NCBI GenBank assembly: GCA_937952265.1
Contig: CALFYW010000016.1
Location: 142,661 to 206,660, forward strand
Length of the DNA: 64,000 nt
Reading direction: 5' to 3'
Origin: an uncultured bacterium
Lineage (GTDB): Bacteria > Patescibacteriota > Minisyncoccia > Phycocordibacterales > GCA-2401445
Shown here: one piece after another, positions 28,285-37,342 of the stretch
Position numbering within the stretch: position 1 is the first letter of the stretch
Layout: every line of letters starts with the position of its first letter
Notes under the pieces: model-generated
The model's database searches: none
Seen by the model: only the letters and a program-made list of their open reading frames with translations
Told to the model about the DNA's origin: nothing
Translations under genes and position numbers: made by a program

Positions 28285-29098
28285 AGAATTCTATCAACTG
28301 CCAATCGGATGCTTTCATTGCGCCTCAGAACCAAATGAGCTTTATGCTTAATTTCTGGGATGGCATTATCAACAGCGATTTTGAACAAAGACAGATCAAA
28401 TGCTTCTAAATCGTTTTCCCGTCGCCAACGATGATCGCCTGGGATTCAAGAATGTGAATTTCAGCGAGGATATTTTTGATGGCAGTCGCTTTATTACAAC
28501 CTTTTGCGAAAGCTAGAATACTAACACCCTTCCTACGACTACCAAATTTGTAAAACGAAATGTCTGCATCTCTAAGACATAGCTCCACATCACCCACTTT
28601 AGACTCCTGTATGTCTCGTATATATATTTGATAGACATCGTCATAGTAGAGACCAGGTTTCCAAAAGCGGAAAAGCGATGAGTCAGGTGATAAGTTATTT
28701 TTTTCTGAAAAAAGTCCATCAAGCCTGTTAAGATAGAAATTCCTTGTTACGTTGGAAAGCTTTGAGCAGATACCGGGCAAAATACTTTCATCGATAGGTC
28801 TAGAGAAAAATACCTTGCTTGTCAGTGGGTTTATAATGAGAGAGCCGTCATATAGAATGAAGTAATTATTCAGAAGTTTGGGAGAATCCTTCAAAAGATC
28901 TTTGATATAATAAAGTCCTTTTCCTGTTGCAAACGCAGAAAATAATCTCTTTTTATTTAAGAAATCAAGGAGATCGTTGGGGTTTTCTCTCATGATATTC
29001 GTCTTATCGTCAGTGAGAGTGCCGTCGAAATCAAGAAAGATAGCTTTATATTTTTGATTCATATTTTTGAATTCCGATTTCAAGTCGACCAAGAGCAT
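28281..29098 (-). pseudogene. HAD-IIB (Cof-type) phosphatase, frameshifted near the 3' end
   Basis: Motif I FLDFDGTLTD. The annotated ORF ends …IIVGDGKTI*. A +1 frame restores the canonical motif IV and tail, GDGENDLEAFDLSLFKIAVDNAIPEIKHKAHLVLRRNESIRLAVDRIL, ending with TGA that overlaps the next gene's ATG. The shift lies at the G/C run near 28427-28430. Confidence 0.6.
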
Positions 29099-30316
29099 CG
29101 ATCAGGACATTAGTTGGTTCAAGGAGGGTGATTCTGATTAATGTGTCAGATGAGTCTCCTAGACAGTCACTTGGTAAAACCGATACCTTATAATCTCTTA
29201 GTAAACGTAGAAAAAGATCGTGACAATTAATACTCGTTTTTGGTTCGAAAAAGATATTGAATCCTTGAAAATCATAGCAGGCTTTAAACAGCGATTTGTT
29301 CTTACTATACCATTCAAGCAATAAACTATGATTTGTTTCGAAAGTCTTTTTATTTTTAGACACAGTTTCAATATAATCCTTATATAGAGTATCCATATTG
29401 TCCATTGAAATCAAATATCTTTTGGAAAGATCACTCAACACAGAGGATCTAAAGTCTTCCTTAATTGAAATAAATTCGAAAGAGTGCAAAAACTCACTTA
29501 AAAGAAAAAAGAAGCTTAATGGACCCCCATAATTCGAAGACGCTGATTCATAAAAATCAGACATGAATTGTTGTCCGGCTAACAAAAAACCGAGCTTCAT
29601 ACCCGGAATTCCGTACTTCTTAGAAAGACTCACAATTCTCACCACTTTTTCAGTGTTAATAGAGTGAGGATAAAGTGTAGGACTAAATCCCAAACCTTCG
29701 TCAATAACCAAGAATATGTCAAAATTCTTACATATTGACAGAACAACCTCCCAGAATTTCATCGAAAACGTTCGCCCTTCAACCCCAATAATGTTATTGA
29801 GAAAAAGAATCTTTATTTTGTTTTGCTTTATTGATTCCGATATGGATACAAGAATTTGATCTTCAGTCCCAAGAGACGAAACAAAGTGAATAGTATTGAA
29901 ATGATGATTGATTTGAGTATCGGCGGGTAAAATGGTTTGAAGGTCAATACACTGGCATGTGGATATTTTTTTGAAAGTTGCTGAAAGACAATGCCAACCG
30001 TAAAAACATTCCCTAAGGTCATACTGATCTGATCCGCTCCGTACTCTGGAAGACCCGCATTATAATTAACGAATTTTTTTAGAATTGAAATCACATGGGC
30101 GTGTCCAAGAGAGTGAGAATACCCCACCCAATTATTTTTCAGGGTTATTCTTACACATGTCTCAAAAAATTCCGGCAGATGGACACTCCTATCATTCCAT
30201 GAGCCTCTGCTCAGTATTAAATTCTCTTCATCCCTCAGTGTGCCATAGAGTTCTTCTTTGAAAAATTTATTGAAAGTGTTTTTTGTTTTTTCAATTAAAA
30301 ATGAATTATCTTGCAT
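29046..30316 (-). pseudogene. PLP-dependent aminotransferase (class I/II), split by a frameshift into ORFs 29828..30316 and 29046..29762
   Basis: The N-terminal ORF ends ...ASVLTFKPFYPPIL, then nonsense. The alternative frame continues ...ILFLNNIIGVEGRTFS(M)KFWEVV…DEGLGF…SLSKKYGIPGMKLGF, with the PLP-lysine motif. The frame switch lies near 29905-29930. Confidence 0.6.
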
Positions 30317-30570
30317 ATATTTTTACTAAAAACTCCATGTATTGTGTTCGATGCCGAAACCTATTTAACCTTGTACGTTAACATAACTTGACTATACTTT
30401 TTGGGTATAAACCTCAATTAATTTGAAAAAATATAGATTATTAACCAAGTGTTGTCAAATCAATAGATGGTACACTCAACCTATCATTGAAACACTCGCC
30501 ACCTAATAACGTCGCTGGATTATCCTCTGGTAATCGTGAGATGTTCGTTTTGTGTAATTATTAAAAAACA

Positions 30571-30605
30571 AAAAAACTCCGAGGATTGCTCCAGGGAGTT
30601 TTCTG
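30571..30605 (-). terminator. Intrinsic terminator after the 313-aa secreted protein gene
   Basis: Stem aaaactcc…ggagtttt around a 14-nt loop, followed by a T-run on the minus strand. Confidence 0.45.
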
Positions 30606-30616
30606 CGAAAAACGAA

Positions 30617-31558
30617 CTATTTTTCCATAAGCTTTGCTCGGTAGAAACATCGAGCAAGTGTGTTTTCACGACGATCTTCGTAAATCATAAGCCCGGTGGA
30701 GGGCTCGATTGCGATCGGCTCCCAGTCGACCATATTGGTTGAACATTCAATAACCACTTCTCCTGGAGGGCTTACCACCGTAAGCACCATGGCGCCTGCT
30801 TCTCGTTTAATGGAGAGCATGACCATTTCAGGGAAACGCTTACTGCCATCAGAGAGATCGTACTCCTCCTTCCTTCCATCTTCAAAACTCAAGATCACTT
30901 CGCCGTAATTTTGGTTTTGAGCGATGTTTGAAGGAAAAAGAATTAAATCTTCTTCAGGTTCAACTAATACAAACCGTGGAACCGAAGTCGTTGCCTGATC
31001 AGAGGTAACCCGCCAATACTCCTTTCCATGAGGGAAGGGAGCGTCGCGGAACACTATTTCAACCGTTTGAATACCTTGAACGAAAATGGGAATTCGCTGG
31101 GGTAGTTTAGGGTTTGAAATATTAAATGCGTGTTCCGGAATCGAGAAACTGCCATCAGAATTCTCTTGGAGCGTAAACCGGTTGGCTTTATAGAGAAGCA
31201 TTTCTCCATGAAATCCACTCTTTGGTCCATTACTCAAGAGCTGATAAATAGCATTAAATTCTCGGTTGCGGTTTGCCTCATCAGCGGGGTCAACCCATCG
31301 GGTTACCCATTCGCGCAATGCATCCTCAAGCGCTTGGTCAGCGTCAGACCATGCTTCATAGATACGAATACCATGAGCAAGTGTCCACGTATCGCTTTCA
31401 AGTTCTCGATAATTTAATCCAATGCGCACTGAATAGATGCTGGTGTAGAGGTAGTCATTGAGCTCGGGCCCAACGGGGAAAACCTCCAGAGTATCAGGCA
31501 CTTCTTGCGCAGAGAGCACCCCTGCGCAAAGAAATGCAAGGCTTGCAAACGCCTTCAT
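30617..31558 (-). CDS. Secreted hypothetical protein (313 aa)
   Basis: Signal peptide MKAFASLAFLCAGVLSA. GC-rich. No domain recognised. Confidence 0.55.
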   Translation of the reverse strand: MKAFASLAFLCAGVLSAQEVPDTLEVFPVGPELNDYLYTSIYSVRIGLNYRELESDTWTLAHGIRIYEAWSDADQALEDALREWVTRWVDPADEANRNREFNAIYQLLSNGPKSGFHGEMLLYKANRFTLQENSDGSFSIPEHAFNISNPKLPQRIPIFVQGIQTVEIVFRDAPFPHGKEYWRVTSDQATTSVPRFVLVEPEEDLILFPSNIAQNQNYGEVILSFEDGRKEEYDLSDGSKRFPEMVMLSIKREAGAMVLTVVSPPGEVVIECSTNMVDWEPIAIEPSTGLMIYEDRRENTLARCFYRAKLMEK

Positions 31559-31677
31559 GAGCTTTCTTTCTTTGCATAGTAGTGAGTGCTCGCCTTCGAA
31601 CCTTCGAAGAGCTTCTGTCTATAGAGAAACAAAAAATGAGAGAAAAGTCAAGTGGAGAGGTGTATAACCTGTGGAAA

Positions 31678-34600
31678 CTAAAATTCTTGGAAAATGGGCT
31701 TCGGCCGAGGAGTTACCTCAAGCGTATCTGAAAAATTACCCTCTATTGGATCGTTACAGTCTATTGAAAATGTGGTTGGTTCCGTAATTGGATCTGAGTC
31801 TTCTCCAACAAGATCCGTGGGTTGGCGACTTCCCGTAAAACTACCATTAGGGGTTTGCTCAGCATCACAGGTAGTATTAACATTGTAGTCTACCGACTCC
31901 CATCGTAAACGCACCACCGACCCATCCGGCACATTAAGTGTTCCTCCTGGGCCGAGAAGGCTGTTATCCGCGGTTAGATCAACACTCGGCGCATTGCTCC
32001 CCGGAGGATTTACTAATACCGTCGCTTGATCATTTGCGGTCCCTCCCGGGCCTGAGCATGAAAGTTCAAAACTGGTATTTGCATTGAATAATGAAAGGCT
32101 TGATTCACCCGCACTCGATACTCCGCGAGCCCCCGGGCTCTGCCATGGGCCGGAAACCGTGGTGCAACTCGTCGTATGCGTGGAATTCCACGAGAGCGTG
32201 GTGGTCTCTCCTGAGTCAACCACGCTTGGATTCGCGGAGAGATTTACCGTGGGGGTAATATAGATCGTTACTGAAGCCTGAGCTGATTCAGTGGTGGTGG
32301 TATTCGTACAGGTTAAGACGTATGTTTGTGGATTATTAAGCACGCCGGTTGATTCATTGCCTGAGGGCACTGCCTTCGTACCGGCCCACCCTACTGACGC
32401 GTCACACTGATCTGCTCCCGTTGAACTCCAGTTGAGATCGGTGCTTCCTCCTGGTGGGACAATCGGATCGTCCGCGGTTAAGGTAACCGTTACACCTCCA
32501 CAGCTTGTGCTTGCAACGCCATCATCCTGGTTTGAGGTGCTCATCCCGTACGCGTTATATGCTTCAACGTAATAGGTATAGGTAGTTCCTGGATTCAAAC
32601 TCGTATCAGTATAGCTCGTGCTGTCAGCCGGAAATACTCCCACTAAGGTAGCGGGTCCTCCTCCGGAGGAACGGTAGAGGCGGTAGCCATCTTCAAATCG
32701 AATATTCGCCCACAAAATATCCACTTCCCCGCACTGCGAACCCGTACTTGCCACCAAAATCGGCGTCTGTGGACGCAAGTGCACCGTTACATTCGCGGAG
32801 CCAGAGGGTGGAGACCCAGGCCCCGTACAAGAAACTGAAAAATCGGTGTGGTTGGTTAAGCGGCTACTTGGGTCAGATCCGCTCGTATTATCACTTGTTG
32901 AAAAACCGGACCCCGTACCAACACACGAATCAGCATTTTCTGAGTCCCAGAAAAGCGTGGTGCTGGTATTGTAATCAATGGGATTTGGATTTGCTGAAAG
33001 AGTTGCGGTAGGAGGTGAATTCCCGGGATCTCCTGGATCGGTAACATCAACCACACAGAGTTCATTCACCACCTCACTCGTTGTCGTGTCAGTAATTGCT
33101 ACCCGCGCAACCTTAAACCCGGGAGAAGAATATACCCTACTTACCTGCTGGTTGGTTCCCGTCGCGTCTCCGCTCCATGCGTATGTATAGTTTCCACTTC
33201 CATCTTTAGGATACGCAATCCACGCAACCGCTTCTCCCACCTCAACACGAAGTGGCTGAGAACTACAACTTCCTGAAAGGGGTAGCGTGATGGTGGTGAT
33301 GTTTCCACAAATAACTGAATCCGTAGGATACGTTACCGTTACTCCCGCTGATTTTTCACCACTTGTGGTATAGGTCCAGGAAACCGCTTTCGTGGTTCCT
33401 GACAATCCGTCGGAGCCACTCCATTGATACGTTGGAGATCCAGAAGGAGGATTCGTAACCGTAACATCCCATACCCCACCACTATATGATGCCTCGCATG
33501 AAGCATTGACAGGAGGATTTGCTTGAGTAAATGTCTCTGCGGTGGTAAGGCTGTAGCCGATATATACGGGGTTTACCCAATCACGAAGCGTCTGCTCAAA
33601 TTCAAGTGATGCGGACCCGAGCGGAGGCCATGAAATTGGCGTTGGCTGAACATTGCCATGTGGGCTATAGGTGCGAACCACTACCGTATCTCCAAAGCTC
33701 AACTCCCTATCAATCCATGATTTTCGTGCGGCGATATTTGCTGCGGTTGGCGCAAGCTGAGGGTTATACCCCTGCGCAAGGAGTTGCACGGAGCTTCGAT
33801 CAACGATATTACGAAAACCTATTGGATCAATCTGGCTAATGATGTTAACGGGATCTGAAATAAAAGGATCGGTTAAATCATCAGAGTATGATTCTGAAGA
33901 AACAGAATTGCTTCCATCCGCTTCAACAACAAGCACTGAGCTTGCGGATGAACGACTCCCCGCGCTTAAACCAGAACCGTTCCAGTCCCGATAATACGCA
34001 ACCGTCCCATACGTTGCGGCAACCTGTTGCCGCGCACCCGTTTCAATTACTTCAGCAATTGCAATCGGATACAAGGGGATTTGCGTGGTGTTATCGACCC
34101 CCATACCCTCTGGTGAGTCCGATGAAAGCGAAGACCCGCTTACTCCTGACCATGCGGTGCTCAGTGCGCCCGGATTTGGGCCGAAACTCAACGCCCATGC
34201 ATCTGCCTCAATAAGTGAAGTGTGTAAATGACCTGCAGTATAAATACCATCTCCGCTCCCATTAGTGTGCGTCACCGCCTGACCTCCTGAGCCGATCGTC
34301 ACAAGCTCTCCTAACGCACCGATGTTTGCATAATACCGATCATCCGTATTCCCCGCACCAATATCGCAAATATCTGATACGATCTCGGTATTCATAAAAT
34401 ATGCCAATGCTCGAGAGTAGAAAGGGTTTTGAAGCGAAGCGCCTCCGCGATACATATCAATGGCTGAGAGCGTATCGCCACCCCACGAATTTCCAATATA
34501 GAGCGCGTCATCAGAGATATCGCTTCCGCTGAGATCATCAAATGACTCAACGGTAAGAGTTAGCGTCTCAATGCCCTGCGCATCAGAGGGGTTGAGGTCG

Positions 34601-34797
34601 GGTACCTGGGCACTTGCATTTCCACTCCGAGAACTTGATCCAAAATAGCTATAACAGGTTGTATTTCCGGACATAGAAAAACTTTTTCCTGCTGAAAGCG
34701 CTAAAACTGAATGTGGCGCAAACAAAAGCACCCCTAGTAAGAGTAAGGCAGTAGGGATAAAGCGGTGATAGGCTCGCATTAAGAATAGACGACTCAT
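31678..34797 (-). CDS. Giant secreted protein (1039 aa) with an FN3 domain and at least four ~80-aa Cys/Trp beta-sandwich repeats
   Basis: Signal peptide present. FN3-like segment …GYRLYRSSGGGPATLVGVFPADSTSYTDTSLNPGTTYTYYVEAYNAYG. Repeats follow the pattern L(S/T)A(N/D)P…G.T.L.W.S….C……T(Y/F).L.C.G.GG (e.g. TVNLSANPSVVDSGETTTLSWNSTHTTSC…FELSCSGPGG). Confidence 0.8.
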   Translation of the reverse strand: MSRLFLMRAYHRFIPTALLLLGVLLFAPHSVLALSAGKSFSMSGNTTCYSYFGSSSRSGNASAQVPDLNPSDAQGIETLTLTVESFDDLSGSDISDDALYIGNSWGGDTLSAIDMYRGGASLQNPFYSRALAYFMNTEIVSDICDIGAGNTDDRYYANIGALGELVTIGSGGQAVTHTNGSGDGIYTAGHLHTSLIEADAWALSFGPNPGALSTAWSGVSGSSLSSDSPEGMGVDNTTQIPLYPIAIAEVIETGARQQVAATYGTVAYYRDWNGSGLSAGSRSSASSVLVVEADGSNSVSSESYSDDLTDPFISDPVNIISQIDPIGFRNIVDRSSVQLLAQGYNPQLAPTAANIAARKSWIDRELSFGDTVVVRTYSPHGNVQPTPISWPPLGSASLEFEQTLRDWVNPVYIGYSLTTAETFTQANPPVNASCEASYSGGVWDVTVTNPPSGSPTYQWSGSDGLSGTTKAVSWTYTTSGEKSAGVTVTYPTDSVICGNITTITLPLSGSCSSQPLRVEVGEAVAWIAYPKDGSGNYTYAWSGDATGTNQQVSRVYSSPGFKVARVAITDTTTSEVVNELCVVDVTDPGDPGNSPPTATLSANPNPIDYNTSTTLFWDSENADSCVGTGSGFSTSDNTSGSDPSSRLTNHTDFSVSCTGPGSPPSGSANVTVHLRPQTPILVASTGSQCGEVDILWANIRFEDGYRLYRSSGGGPATLVGVFPADSTSYTDTSLNPGTTYTYYVEAYNAYGMSTSNQDDGVASTSCGGVTVTLTADDPIVPPGGSTDLNWSSTGADQCDASVGWAGTKAVPSGNESTGVLNNPQTYVLTCTNTTTTESAQASVTIYITPTVNLSANPSVVDSGETTTLSWNSTHTTSCTTVSGPWQSPGARGVSSAGESSLSLFNANTSFELSCSGPGGTANDQATVLVNPPGSNAPSVDLTADNSLLGPGGTLNVPDGSVVRLRWESVDYNVNTTCDAEQTPNGSFTGSRQPTDLVGEDSDPITEPTTFSIDCNDPIEGNFSDTLEVTPRPKPIFQEF

Positions 34798-34803
34798 TAT
34801 ATA

Positions 34804-35118
34804 TTAACGATTGAGCGCGCGAATAATGCTTAGTTTTTCTTCATCCGTAAAATGATAGCGGTCGATTTTCGTCCCTCCCAGCTGTTCAAGCAGTGCATCT
34901 TTTTCTTCATCGCTTAAACGAACATCGCTCTCTCCCACCTGAGACAGAATTTCTTGTTTTTCCCGATCAACAGAAGAGAGATTGAGTGACCCAGAACCCC
35001 CAAGAAAGAAGATCACTGCCACTAACACGATGAGGATGAGTATGATGGTTCCTATCTTCTGGAGACCATGATGCGACTCTCCTTCTCCCGCGGGAGCGCC
35101 TGTTGTGTGTTCGTCCAT
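34804..35118 (-). CDS. Small membrane protein (104 aa, single TM)
   Basis: TM segment IGTIILILIVLVAVIFFLGG, acidic C-terminal half. Confidence 0.45.
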   Translation of the reverse strand: MDEHTTGAPAGEGESHHGLQKIGTIILILIVLVAVIFFLGGSGSLNLSSVDREKQEILSQVGESDVRLSDEEKDALLEQLGGTKIDRYHFTDEEKLSIIRALNR

Positions 35119-35290
35119 AGTAAAATAAATAATTAATTTTTAGATATTTGGGAATCTATTAGCTATATAATAGAAAAATACACACCTTGGAGCAATAGAT
35201 AATGTTGATAACAGTCCACCGAGCTGATACAATAATAGTGTATTTTAGTGAATCTGCTTTCTTCTCCACTGAACCACCACCCTCAAGGTA

Positions 35291-35319
35291 TTGACAAAAT
35301 TGCCGTATAGCGCTATGAT
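35291..35319 (+). promoter_or_regulatory. Sigma70-like promoter upstream of nusA (TTGACA-17-TATGAT)
   Basis: ttgaca at 35291-35296 and tatgat at 35314-35319. Confidence 0.4.
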
Positions 35320-35329
35320 ATGCCTACTG

Positions 35330-35358
35330 AAGTTCGCCCTGCGCGAACTTATTTTTTT
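35330..35358 (+). terminator. Intrinsic-terminator-like hairpin plus T7 inside the nusA 5' leader (candidate attenuator)
   Basis: aagttcgc-cctgc-gcgaactt followed by ttttttt, about 25 nt before the nusA ATG and just after the predicted -10. Confidence 0.4.
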
Positions 35359-35381
35359 AAAAATAGATAAATAATAAGGCT

Positions 35382-36647
35382 ATGTTTGACCTAAAAGTAA
35401 TCAATTCAGTGCTCGATCAGCTTGAAACCGAACGAGGAATTCCAAAAGAAAAGATCCTTGAGGCTATTGAGGCTGCCCTCGCAACGGCATATAAAAAGGA
35501 GTATGGCAAAAAAGGACAAATTGTACGGGCACACTTTGATGTTGATTCTGGGAAAACCGACTTTCTTCAAGTAAAGATCGTGGTTGATGAATCTCGCGTC
35601 TATGAAGAAAAAGAGGGGGAGGAAGAACCCGAGCTCCCCGAAGGAGACGAGCGGGTTAAATACAACCCTGAACAGCACATCTTTCTCGAAGATGCAAAAA
35701 AAATCAAAGCTGATGCGATGATTGATGATGAAATTGTGTTTCCTCTTGAAAACAAGGCTGGATACGGCAGAATCGCTGCGCAGACCGCAAAGCAAGTCAT
35801 TATTCAGAAAATCAGAGAGGCTGAAAAACTCTCAATCCTTAATGAATACGGCAAACGGGAAGGTGAGATCGTTACCGGTACGGTGCAACGTATTGAACGT
35901 GGTAATATCTTTATCGATTTGACCCGCGCAACCGGCATTCTCCCCTATGAAGAGCAGATTCCGGGAGAGCGTTATCGCCAAGGAGAGCAGGTGCGTGCAT
36001 ACCTCTATCGAGTAGAAGAATCGCCTCGCGGAATTTTTCTCCGTCTTTCTCGTTCACATCCTCAATTTTTAAAAGAACTTTTCAAAATTGAAGCTCCAGA
36101 AATTGCCAATGGTACTGTTGAGGTTAAAGCAATTGCCCGCGAACCCGGCTCTCGCTCAAAAATTGCCGTTGAAACACACGATGAGCACATTGACCCGGTA
36201 GGTTCCTTGGTTGGCCAACGAGGAGTGCGCGTTTATACCGTAATGAGCGAGCTTCGCGGAGAAAAAATTGATATTATTGAATGGTCAGAAGATCCAATAA
36301 AATTCATTGAGGGTGCCCTTTCTCCAGCAAAAACAATTTCAGTGGAGATTGATGAAGCTGAACACAAAGCAGTGGTAGAAGTTACTGAAGATCAACAATC
36401 ACTCGCCATCGGCAAAGGGGGGCAAAATGTTCGCCTCGCCGCAAAGCTCACGGGGTGGAAAATTGATATTCGATCCACTCACGGCGCGCCTATCGCGGAA
36501 ACTGATGGAGAAAATGTTGAAATGACCGAAGTGCCAACTGCTACTGATGAAAACAAGGAAATCGTAGAAGAGAAAATGCCCGAAGAACCGACCTCTACTG
36601 AAACCGCAAAAGAAGCGGATGACGACCAAGAAAAAAGCTCGTCTTAG
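35382..36647 (+). CDS. nusA: Transcription termination/antitermination factor NusA
   Basis: 421 aa with NusA N-terminal, S1 and two KH domains (…GTVEVKAIAREPGSRSKIAV…). Confidence 0.95.
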   Translation: MFDLKVINSVLDQLETERGIPKEKILEAIEAALATAYKKEYGKKGQIVRAHFDVDSGKTDFLQVKIVVDESRVYEEKEGEEEPELPEGDERVKYNPEQHIFLEDAKKIKADAMIDDEIVFPLENKAGYGRIAAQTAKQVIIQKIREAEKLSILNEYGKREGEIVTGTVQRIERGNIFIDLTRATGILPYEEQIPGERYRQGEQVRAYLYRVEESPRGIFLRLSRSHPQFLKELFKIEAPEIANGTVEVKAIAREPGSRSKIAVETHDEHIDPVGSLVGQRGVRVYTVMSELRGEKIDIIEWSEDPIKFIEGALSPAKTISVEIDEAEHKAVVEVTEDQQSLAIGKGGQNVRLAAKLTGWKIDIRSTHGAPIAETDGENVEMTEVPTATDENKEIVEEKMPEEPTSTETAKEADDDQEKSSS

Positions 36648-36677
36648 ATTTTATTTAATAATCATAACTATATTTCT

Positions 36678-37214
36678 ATGAATTTATGGCATAACGTACC
36701 GCTCGGGGACAAGACCCCCGAAGTAGTAAATACAATCATCGAGATACCCAAAGGCTCATATAATAAGTACGAGGTCGACAAAGAAACAGGGTTGATCGCG
36801 CTTGATCGGGCAAACTATTCCGCGCACCCATTCCCTTTTGATTACGGATTCGCACCGCAAACACTCTGGGAGGATGATGACCCGCTTGATATTATCGTGC
36901 TTACGACATTTCCCCTTCAATCAGGAATTCTTGTTCGCGTACGGCCTGTTGCTGTGCTTGAAATGACTGATTCGGGAGATTCGGATTACAAATTAATTAC
37001 CGTTCCCGCGGATGACAAACGATGGGATGATGTAAAAGACCTCACGGACATTAATAAGCACACCTTAAAAGAATTTAAACACTTCTTTGAAACCTACAAA
37101 CAACTCAAAGGAAAAGACGATGTGGTAGTCGTACACGGCTACCAAGGGCGAAACGCCGCGTATGAAGCGGTAAAAAAAGCAATCGCGCTTTATGAGAAAA
37201 AATTTGAAAAATAG
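36678..37214 (+). CDS. ppa: Inorganic pyrophosphatase (family I)
   Basis: 178 aa with …EIPKGSYNKYEVDKETG…DGDPLDI…. Confidence 0.95.
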   Translation: MNLWHNVPLGDKTPEVVNTIIEIPKGSYNKYEVDKETGLIALDRANYSAHPFPFDYGFAPQTLWEDDDPLDIIVLTTFPLQSGILVRVRPVAVLEMTDSGDSDYKLITVPADDKRWDDVKDLTDINKHTLKEFKHFFETYKQLKGKDDVVVVHGYQGRNAAYEAVKKAIALYEKKFEK

Positions 37215-37235
37215 CTTTACTCCTTAGATTTATCA

Positions 37236-37268
37236 ACATTTATCAACAAAAGAGCTTTGGTTTCCAAG
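37236..37268 (+). terminator. Intrinsic terminator after ppa
   Basis: aagagctttgg tttcc aaggctcttttt (one mismatch in stem, T-run). Confidence 0.5.
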
Positions 37269-37342
37269 GCTCTTTTTGTATACTAAAAAGGAATTCATGT
37301 TCTCATGATTGGGTATTTATTTGTAAATTAACTTTTACCATT

